A DNA stretch of 64,000 nucleotides from an uncultured Myxococcales bacterium (GTDB lineage Bacteria; Myxococcota_A; UBA9042), in assembly GCA_903924465.1 (NCBI GenBank), contig CAIYBN010000039.1, forward strand, positions 14,256-78,255, given 5' to 3'. Position numbers and translations under genes: made by a program. The notes under the pieces are model-generated. The model saw nothing but the letters and a program-made list of their open reading frames with translations. It was not told the DNA's origin and made no database searches. Of the stretch, positions 57,136 to 64,000 are shown one piece after another; position 1 is the stretch's first letter, and each line of letters opens with the position of its first letter.

Positions 57136-58773
57136 ATGCTTCGAATTCGCAACCTCCGCGCCTTTCATCTTGTCCAACGAGGTCCCTTGTCGCCTGAAAT
57201 CCACGCCCAGCCCACCTCGCGCCAGCACCTGTGGGGGCCTTTGGCGCCCTGGCTGGTGTTCGTCGTGGCCACCTGGCCGCTTCGCGCGTGGATCGTGGAC
57301 GATGCCGCCATCTCGTTCGCTTACGCCCACAACTTTGCGACGGGTCACGGCCTGACCAGCCAGCCGGGCGTGACGCCGGTGGAGGGCTACTCGAATCCGT
57401 TGTGGGTCCTCGTGGTGGCCGCGCTCGACGCGCTGCGGCTGTTCCAGCCGCTGTGGACCCCCAAGCTCCTGGCGCTGGCGCTCGCCGCGGCGACGTTTCA
57501 GCTCTACTGGCGAACGCTGGTTCAGACGCTCGGCGCGCAGCCCCGCCACACGACGGTCGCCTTGTGCCTGCTCGCTGCCGCAACGCCGTACACGGTCTGG
57601 GCGACTTCCGGCCTGGAAAATCCGCTGTTGGCGTTCCTGCTGGTGGCGCTCCTGGCGGCGCTTTCGCAGCCCGTGCCGCGCTGGGGACTGGCCGGATTCC
57701 TGTGCGCGCTGCTGGCGATGACCCGCCCGGACGCCCTGCTGCTCGCCGCCGTGCCACCGCTTTTCGCGCTGCTGGCGTTGCGGTTCACGCGCCCGATCCT
57801 GGCCGCGCTGACGCGTCACACGCTGGGCTTTGGCCTGCCGATGGCGGTGTTTCTGGCGCATCGGCGGGCGACGTTTGGCCACTGGCTGCCCAACACGCAC
57901 TTGGCCAAGGGCGGTCCCGGGCTACCGCAACTCCTGGACTTGTTGCTGCTGCGTCCACCCCAGACGGCGCGGCTGGTCGAGTTGCTGGAAAGCGTGGCCG
58001 GCAAGCTGGCTGCGTGGGTGCTGCTGGCGCTGGCCGTCGGTCTGGTGGCGGCGTGGCGCAGCCGTCGCTTCACGCTCCGCCATCTGCCCCTGCTTCTGCT
58101 GCTGGCGGCGAGCGCGGCGCAGTTCGTGCTGATGCCGGCGGATTGGATGCCGGAGTATCGTTTTGCCACCGGATTTGTCGTGCTGTTCTTCGGCACCGTC
58201 GCGCTGCTGTGGCCGGTGATGCTGGATGCGCTGCACCGGCCGGCGATCCAACGTGTGGCGGGACCGCTCGTCGTCGCTTTGGCGCTGCTTTTGGACATCA
58301 AGCGCACGCGGACTTTTGCCCAGCAGCCCACGGTGCCGCTGGCTTCCATTGCCCAGTCCGCAGCGCAGTTCAACGCAGCGGCAGCGATCCTTCAGGTGCA
58401 GCACCCTTCGCTCCTGATCCCCGATTTGGGTGGGCAATTGCTGGACTCCAAGCTGCGCGTCTACGATCTGGCCATGCTGTGCGACGAGACCATCGCCCGC
58501 ACTTTGTCCAAGGATCAAGCCAAGTTCTATGATTACGTGTTTGCCCAAACCAAGCCAACGTTCATCCACATGCACGATTATTGGACGCACCTGGCGCGCC
58601 TGGATGAAGATCCGCGGTTTCGCCGCGATTATCTGGCGCTGCGCGAATACGAAGACGCGGACGACAAAGCGCGGTTTGGCGAGAGCATCCAGTCCGGCGA
58701 TTTCGTGCGCCGCGACGCCGTGCGCGACCCGCGCGATGTGGCGCGGCTGAAACTGGCGCTCAAGCTGCCGTAG
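57136..58773 (+). CDS. Polytopic membrane protein, GT-C (ArnT/PMT-like) putative glycosyltransferase
   Basis: About 12 TM helices. First-loop motif WIVDDAAISFAYAHNFATGHGL...EGYSNPLWVLVVAA, reminiscent of the acidic loop-1 motifs of GT-C transferases. Family assignment is tentative. Confidence 0.4.
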   Translation: MLRIRNLRAFHLVQRGPLSPEIHAQPTSRQHLWGPLAPWLVFVVATWPLRAWIVDDAAISFAYAHNFATGHGLTSQPGVTPVEGYSNPLWVLVVAALDALRLFQPLWTPKLLALALAAATFQLYWRTLVQTLGAQPRHTTVALCLLAAATPYTVWATSGLENPLLAFLLVALLAALSQPVPRWGLAGFLCALLAMTRPDALLLAAVPPLFALLALRFTRPILAALTRHTLGFGLPMAVFLAHRRATFGHWLPNTHLAKGGPGLPQLLDLLLLRPPQTARLVELLESVAGKLAAWVLLALAVGLVAAWRSRRFTLRHLPLLLLLAASAAQFVLMPADWMPEYRFATGFVVLFFGTVALLWPVMLDALHRPAIQRVAGPLVVALALLLDIKRTRTFAQQPTVPLASIAQSAAQFNAAAAILQVQHPSLLIPDLGGQLLDSKLRVYDLAMLCDETIARTLSKDQAKFYDYVFAQTKPTFIHMHDYWTHLARLDEDPRFRRDYLALREYEDADDKARFGESIQSGDFVRRDAVRDPRDVARLKLALKLP

Positions 58774-58776
58774 GCG

Positions 58777-60342
58777 CTACGGCTTCTGACACCACAGCTC
58801 GACACCGATCCGCGTGCCGTCGAAACCCTGTAGGTGGGGTTCATGGTCCGGCGCTTCCTCACAGGTCATGATCCACTGCCGTGCCATCGCCGGGATGCCC
58901 GTCGCGGTGTAATTCTGGGTCGATCGATCCCAGACCAGGCGCAATTCCGGTGTCGGATGGGGCAAGAACCACGCAGGCATGAAGACAATCGCCGCCACCG
59001 GATGCGCCCGCGTGTACGTCTTGGCGTGCCACAGCATGTCCGGCGTGTTCAGGCCCATCATGTCCAGCGTCCAATGGTTGTCAAAGTAGCGCACACCACC
59101 GGCATCGTTGCTCGCCACGCGCAGCCCCGCCGCGAGGTGCTCGGCGAGCCACTTGCCGGCCGCCACCTGCAATTCGGTCATGTTGCGGGTGTCGTTGGCG
59201 AGCTTCCAGCTCTGACCGCGAAAAGTCAGCGCCGTGCCAGCCAGACTCAGCAGCAGCAACAGCACGAGCGGCAGGCGCCGCAAACGCGGGGAGAGCATGT
59301 CCCCCAGTCCCACGCAGCCCACCGCGAACACAACCGTCAGCGGCGGCACGATCGGCAGCAGATAGCGCACGCCGTAGAACACCCGTGGATCGTGCGGCAC
59401 GACGACGCGCAGGTTCGCCATCAGGTAGGCCAGCGCAGCCCCGAGCACCAACCAGACCCGGCGATCGCCGGTACGGCGCGCCAATCCGGTCAGGCTCAGC
59501 CAACCCAGCGCGCCCCACAGCGGCGGTGTGAGCGACAGCGTGTCAAAAAGCGCCCGGCCCACCCAGGAAAACTGGAACGGTCCGTTCAGCCCCAGCTTGC
59601 CGTAGTACGTCGCCGGTAACAGGTGCTCGGTCAGCGTCCAGTTGCGCCAGAGCTGCCATGTGCCCAACAGCAGCGCCGGCAGGCCCAACTGGAGCAGACG
59701 GCGGGCGGTCTCAGCCGCGTCGCGCGGTCGCTGCCACAGGAAGATCCCCAGCACCGCGACGCATGCCGCTGGTGCGAGCTCCGGGCGGGCCAAGGGCGCC
59801 AGACCCAGGACGATCCCCGCTGCCAGCCACGCTTGGGCGCACAACAGGTCCAGACCCGTGAGAAAAAGCAGGGCCGCGAGCGGCACTTCCATCCCCGACA
59901 GCGCGCCGACGGCCAGTTGCGGGCTGACCGCGACGATGAGCCCCGCCGTCCAGGCTGCCCACAGCCCGCCGAGACGGCCCGCGAGCCGCGCCGCCTGTGC
60001 CGCACAGGCCACGTGCAGCGCGCCACCGAGGAGCACAACCGCCACGACCAATCGATCGACGTCGCCCGACCCGAGCACTTTGTGCACCAGTCCCAGCAGC
60101 AGCGCCCACAGAATCGACGTCGCACCCGTCGTCGGCTCGCCCGGGTTGTAGGCAATCATGCCTTGTTCCGCGACGTTGCGACCATAGACCATGTGGATCC
60201 ACGCGTCGTCCAGCGGAAAACCGAGCGGTGCGCCCGCCGGCCGACCGACGAACCACAATGCGGGCAACACGACCGCCGCGAACAGCGCGGATCCCCACGC
60301 TGCGTATGGAACACCGGGAATCGCCCGCCGTGACGCGTCCAA
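58777..60342 (-). CDS. Polytopic membrane protein, paralogue of 57136..58773 (GT-C-like)
   Basis: The loop-1 motif is shared: LDDAWIHMVYGRNVAEQGMIAYNPGEPTTGATSILWALLLG. Its stop lies 3 nt from the stop of the convergent paralogue. Confidence 0.4.
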   Translation of the reverse strand: MDASRRAIPGVPYAAWGSALFAAVVLPALWFVGRPAGAPLGFPLDDAWIHMVYGRNVAEQGMIAYNPGEPTTGATSILWALLLGLVHKVLGSGDVDRLVVAVVLLGGALHVACAAQAARLAGRLGGLWAAWTAGLIVAVSPQLAVGALSGMEVPLAALLFLTGLDLLCAQAWLAAGIVLGLAPLARPELAPAACVAVLGIFLWQRPRDAAETARRLLQLGLPALLLGTWQLWRNWTLTEHLLPATYYGKLGLNGPFQFSWVGRALFDTLSLTPPLWGALGWLSLTGLARRTGDRRVWLVLGAALAYLMANLRVVVPHDPRVFYGVRYLLPIVPPLTVVFAVGCVGLGDMLSPRLRRLPLVLLLLLSLAGTALTFRGQSWKLANDTRNMTELQVAAGKWLAEHLAAGLRVASNDAGGVRYFDNHWTLDMMGLNTPDMLWHAKTYTRAHPVAAIVFMPAWFLPHPTPELRLVWDRSTQNYTATGIPAMARQWIMTCEEAPDHEPHLQGFDGTRIGVELWCQKP

Positions 60343-60534
60343 GCACTGACCTCATGCTCCGCAAAATGCGGTAGCGACGGGCAATTCTGCGCTGTGGCAG
60401 GACGGAGCGTCAATTGCGCCGTCGAAGGGTCATTGACGGGCCCTGCGGGACCTTCCACACTTGCCGCACGCGGGCACGAGGACCGGAGGTCTGCCGCAGC
60501 GATGGTGCCCGACGACCTTTCAACGACAATTCGT

Positions 60535-61947
60535 ATGACGCAAATTCCGCCCGCAGAGCCTGCCCCCACGACGCTGCTCGCCCAATCCGGGCGGCCGCGG
60601 GCCGTCTTTGCCTATGCCTTGATGATCGCGGCCACGGTCGCCACCCTGACCTGGATTCGCGGACTGGGTCCGATCACGGCGCCACACACGTTGCTGAGCC
60701 CAGCGACACCTCCGCCGTCCGCGGCGAACCATCACGAACTGGCCCACGTCCTGCTGGCGTTGAGCGTGGTGTCGATCGCGGCGCGCGCAGTCGGTCTCCT
60801 CTTCCAGAATTTCCTGCGCCAACCGCGGGTGATGGGCGAAATTACCGCCGGCCTGCTGCTCGGCCCGTCGCTGCTCGGTGCCGCCAGTCCCGAGCTCTAC
60901 CATTTCCTGATGCCCGACGCGATCGCGCCGCTCCTGGGTGTGGTCGCCAAGCTCGGCGTCGTGCTCTTCATGTTCCTGGTCGGCCTCGAGTTCGACGGCC
61001 GCCTGCTCCGCGGGTCCAGCCACGCCACCGTGGCGATTTCGCACGCCAGCATCGTCTTTCCCTTCCTCCTCGGCGCGTCGCTCGCCTTGTGGATCTTTCC
61101 ACGCTACGCCGGGCCCAACGCGGATTTCACGATCTTTGCGCTGTTCCTGGGCGTCGCGATGTCCGTCACCGCATTCCCCGTTCTGGCGCGCATCCTGACC
61201 GATCAGCAGCTGAGTCATACACCACTCGGAGCCACGGCGCTCGCCTGCGCGGCCATCGACGACGTGACGGCCTGGTGCCTGCTCGCATTCGTATCCAGTG
61301 TCGCCAAGGCGCAACCGGGCGACGCCGCGCGAACCGTTGGCCTCGTCATCGGCTTTCTCGTCGTACTCTGGATTGTGGTCCGGCCGTTGGCTGAAAAGCT
61401 GGCAGCACGCCATGCGGGCCCGCTCACGCAATCGGGACTCGCATTGGTCTTCGGTGTGTTGTTGTTGTGCGCCGCGGCGACCGAAGCGATCGGCATTCAC
61501 GCGTTGTTCGGCGCCTTCGCCTTTGGCGTCGCTTTTCCCCGTCACCCAACGCTGGGCGAGCAGATCCGCGAACGGCTGGAAGACACGGTTGTCGTCCTTT
61601 TCCTGCCGGTCTTCTTTGCCCTGACGGGCATGCGCACGCGCATCGGTCTCGTCGCGACCGCGGGTGACTGGGCGGTGTGCGCGCTCATCATCGTCGTCGC
61701 CACCGCCGGCAAATTCGGCGGCAGCACCTTGGCCGGCCGCTTCATGGGCATGCGCTGGCGCGACGCGAGCGCGCTGGGGATCCTGATGAACACCCGCGGG
61801 CTGATGGAGCTGATTGTGCTGAATGTAGGCCTGGACATGGGCGTCTTGTCGCCGACGCTGTTTGCCATGATGGTTCTGATGGCGTTGGTGACAACCGTCT
61901 TGACGACGCCGGTGCTCCAACTGGTCTGGAGACCTTCGAAGACGTAG
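60535..61947 (+). CDS. Cation:proton antiporter (Na+/H+ exchanger family, CPA2/Kef-like)
   Basis: About 12 TM helices. ...RQPRVMGEITAGLLLGPSLLG is typical of the Na_H_exchanger family. An upstream alternative start exists at 60502. Confidence 0.75.
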   Translation: MTQIPPAEPAPTTLLAQSGRPRAVFAYALMIAATVATLTWIRGLGPITAPHTLLSPATPPPSAANHHELAHVLLALSVVSIAARAVGLLFQNFLRQPRVMGEITAGLLLGPSLLGAASPELYHFLMPDAIAPLLGVVAKLGVVLFMFLVGLEFDGRLLRGSSHATVAISHASIVFPFLLGASLALWIFPRYAGPNADFTIFALFLGVAMSVTAFPVLARILTDQQLSHTPLGATALACAAIDDVTAWCLLAFVSSVAKAQPGDAARTVGLVIGFLVVLWIVVRPLAEKLAARHAGPLTQSGLALVFGVLLLCAAATEAIGIHALFGAFAFGVAFPRHPTLGEQIRERLEDTVVVLFLPVFFALTGMRTRIGLVATAGDWAVCALIIVVATAGKFGGSTLAGRFMGMRWRDASALGILMNTRGLMELIVLNVGLDMGVLSPTLFAMMVLMALVTTVLTTPVLQLVWRPSKT

Positions 61948-62372
61948 CGCGCCGCCATCCAGTTGGCCGTTGCCGAACGACCGGTGCCTGGGCCGCGTCG
62001 CGCCTCGTTCCGATCAACTGCCCGACAACATATTTCAACACATTTCACGACGACCGCCCGATTTTCGTCTCAGTTTGAGACATTCGCCCGGCATCGATGC
62101 AGCCCAGGATCCCGCGGACCACGGCCGGGAAGCCACGGCTTGACGTGTCTGACATGCGACAGCACCATCGACTATCAACATGATGATCAAGCACTTGCAG
62201 GTAGCCGGAACAGCACACTCGCGCCGTTCCGGTCTGGGCAGCTCCAGCGCGGCCACGTGCGAATTCTGTGAGGAATGATGAACGGCGCGCCGCCCCTGTC
62301 GGAGCCTGATGCGCGCGGGATTATCATCCCGCCACGCGATTTCATCTGCTGGTTCCGCGGCCGGAGTTGACC

Positions 62373-64000
62373 ATGCACAGGACTGCTTGTTGGGGATTGC
62401 TGACTGTCGTTGCGCTGTTGAATGCGTGCAGCAGTTCGCCGACGGCCATCGTCTCGCCGGACAGCATGCAAGCGCCAGAGACCGACGTGGTCGCGGTGCT
62501 GGAGGACGCGGAGGTCAACGACACCCCGGACGACGTGCAGCAGGACACGGCGGCCGATCTGGACGTGGACGATGCCAGCCAGGCCACGGAGACGACGGCA
62601 GGGGACGCGACGTCACCCGCCGATGACGTGACCGCACCCGGCGATGCCTCGGAAACCGCTGCCGATGTCGTTGAAACGGACAGCTCGACGCCCGCCGACG
62701 CGATCGCGAAGTGCTTCTGCGGCGACAAGATTTGCCTCGCCGCGTGCGGTGAAACCGTCGAAACGTGTGTCCTCGACTGCGCGCCTTGCGGCGACGGCAT
62801 CTGTTCACCCGGCGAAGGCCCGATCAATTGCTCCATCGACTGCTGCAGCGGCGGCTGCGGCGACGGCATTTGCCGCGGCTACCAGTGCGGTGAATCGCCC
62901 GCCACGTGCCCTTGGGATTGCGGCAAGGCGTGCGGCAACAAGGTCTGCGAAAAAGGCGAATCGCCGGCCACATGTCCCACCGATTGCGTGTTTCAGGTGT
63001 GCGGCAACAACGTCTGCGAGCCCGGAGACGGCGGACCGCAGGCTTGCCCCATCGATTGCGGCAACTCGTGCGGCAATTGCGTATGCGACAAGGGCGAGAC
63101 GTTCGTCGACTGTCCGGTCGACTGCGGATTCTGTGGCGACCAAATCTGCAGCAATTGCAAGGCACTTGGCGAAAACAGCACAACTTGCCCGTTTGACTGC
63201 AAGAGCGACGGCTGCAAGGACGGCTGCGACGACGGCGTGGCGTGCACGATCGACATCTGCAACTCGCAAAGCCAGTGCATGCACGTGCCGGACGCAACCA
63301 AGTGCGACGACGGCAGCGTCTGCACCCTCGACTTGTGCGCAGGCGGCGGCTGCCAGCACAACCCCGGCTTGGTGCCGTTTTGCGAAGACGACAAGAACCT
63401 GTGCACCGACGACGTCTGCCAAACCGGCGCATGCGTTCACCTGCCCAACGCTGTGACCTGCGACGACGGCGAACCGTGCACCGTCGGCGATGCCTGCAAG
63501 AGCGGCAAGTGCCATTCCGGCGCGGCGAACACCTGCAACGACAGCAATCCGTGCACGAACGACGCCTGCGACGGCGGGACCTGTTTCAACGTGCCCAACA
63601 CCGCGTTCTGCGACGACGGCAACGCATGCACGGTGGCCGACGTCTGCAGCGGCGGCGCTTGCTCGGGCAGCAACGAAAGCTGCGACGATGGCACGGCGTG
63701 CACGTTGGACATTTGCACCGGCGCGAGTTGCCTGCACCCACCGAGCACCGTCGTGACGTGCGAGGACGACCAGAACACCTGCACCAACGACGTGTGCCAG
63801 ACCGGCGCGTGCGTTCATCTTGCCAACGCCGCGACGTGCGACGACGGCGACGGCTGCACCGTCGACGACGCGTGCCAAAAGGGCATCTGCTACGGCGGCG
63901 GACCCAAGTCGTGCGACGACCAGAACGCGTGCACCAACGACGCCTGCGCGGGTGGCGGCTGCCTGCATTTGCCCAACACCGTGCCGTGCAACGATGGCAA
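62373..64000 (+). CDS. Cys-rich lipoprotein (3' end outside window): about 8 short CGxxxC..CPxDC modules followed by Myxococcales-type CxDGxxCTxDxC repeats
   Basis: RBS ggag 6 nt upstream. Signal MHRTACWGLLTVVALLNACSS, an acidic linker, and modules such as CGDGICSPGEGPINCSIDC, CGNKVCEKGESPATCPTDC and CGNNVCEPGDGGPQACPIDC. I read the frame through to base 64000 without a stop. The six-frame track omits it because no stop is reached. Confidence 0.65.
   Translation, partial: MHRTACWGLLTVVALLNACSSSPTAIVSPDSMQAPETDVVAVLEDAEVNDTPDDVQQDTAADLDVDDASQATETTAGDATSPADDVTAPGDASETAADVVETDSSTPADAIAKCFCGDKICLAACGETVETCVLDCAPCGDGICSPGEGPINCSIDCCSGGCGDGICRGYQCGESPATCPWDCGKACGNKVCEKGESPATCPTDCVFQVCGNNVCEPGDGGPQACPIDCGNSCGNCVCDKGETFVDCPVDCGFCGDQICSNCKALGENSTTCPFDCKSDGCKDGCDDGVACTIDICNSQSQCMHVPDATKCDDGSVCTLDLCAGGGCQHNPGLVPFCEDDKNLCTDDVCQTGACVHLPNAVTCDDGEPCTVGDACKSGKCHSGAANTCNDSNPCTNDACDGGTCFNVPNTAFCDDGNACTVADVCSGGACSGSNESCDDGTACTLDICTGASCLHPPSTVVTCEDDQNTCTNDVCQTGACVHLANAATCDDGDGCTVDDACQKGICYGGGPKSCDDQNACTNDACAGGGCLHLPNTVPCNDG

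Noticed and set aside
60408-60436. GTCAAT-N17-ATTGAC inverted repeat in the divergent region between the GT-C-like gene and the antiporter
   Set aside because: Short arms with a long spacer, and no supporting conservation is available. Not reported as a feature.
1-64000. Search for tRNA/rRNA genes
   Set aside because: No T-loop-like GGTTCGAATCC / GTTCGAGTC cores or rRNA-like conserved blocks were seen in the intergenic regions scanned, so no RNA genes are reported. A covariance-model scan (tRNAscan-SE or Infernal) would be needed for certainty.

Overview
The window is 64 kb of very high-GC DNA, roughly 68-70% by eye. I assign it to a Myxococcota-like (deltaproteobacterial) genome. The reasons are that the secreted proteins are dominated by lipoproteins with LxxC lipobox signals, Myxococcales-type cysteine-rich repeats (CxDGNxCTxDxC) recur, there is an imuA-imuB-dnaE2 cassette behind a LexA box, and an alkyl-DHAP-synthase-like (ether-lipid) gene is present. 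About 40 genes are supportable. Left to right: (i) a TauD-like dioxygenase fragment, then the SOS mutagenesis cassette imuA-imuB-dnaE2 with a Cheo-type LexA box on the imuA start, a P2-type cation ATPase, and a 22-bp tandem repeat array in a convergent intergenic gap. (ii) A large lipoprotein fusing Cys-rich repeats, a beta-propeller and a non-catalytic FGE/SUMF1-like domain, followed by a NarL-type two-component pair. (iii) An island of about eight secreted or lipoprotein Cys-rich hypothetical genes at 14.1-24.2 kb with no recognisable catalytic domains. One tandem operon in it sits behind a textbook sigma-54 promoter, and one small gene looks frameshifted. (iv) A putative ether-lipid module (G3P dehydrogenase, AGPS-like FAD oxidase with an HHHG motif, FGGY kinase), an IS630-like transposase HTH remnant, and a hypothetical protein with a C-terminal SEC-C motif. 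(v) sbcD-sbcC plus an AAA_28 ATPase, a Gly/His/Trp-rich secreted protein, a PLC/AcpA-family phosphoesterase lipoprotein and a ~1,713-aa giant lipoprotein made of roughly 70 Cys-rich repeats. (vi) A three-gene periplasmic dehydrogenase operon (Tat-signal small subunit, GMC flavoprotein, and an unusually small hexaheme cytochrome c) that lies divergent from a translationally coupled recC-recB-recD operon. (vii) Two convergent paralogous polytopic (GT-C-like) membrane proteins, a CPA-type cation/H+ antiporter, and a 3'-truncated Cys-rich lipoprotein. Many long ORFs in the six-frame track are antisense or overlapping artefacts of the high GC content, and I rejected them. The most interesting candidates for undescribed biology are the secreted Cys-rich lipoprotein island with its sigma-54 promoter, the hexaheme-cytochrome dehydrogenase operon, the FGE-domain fusion lipoprotein, the Gly/His/Trp-rich secreted protein and the 22-bp repeat array.
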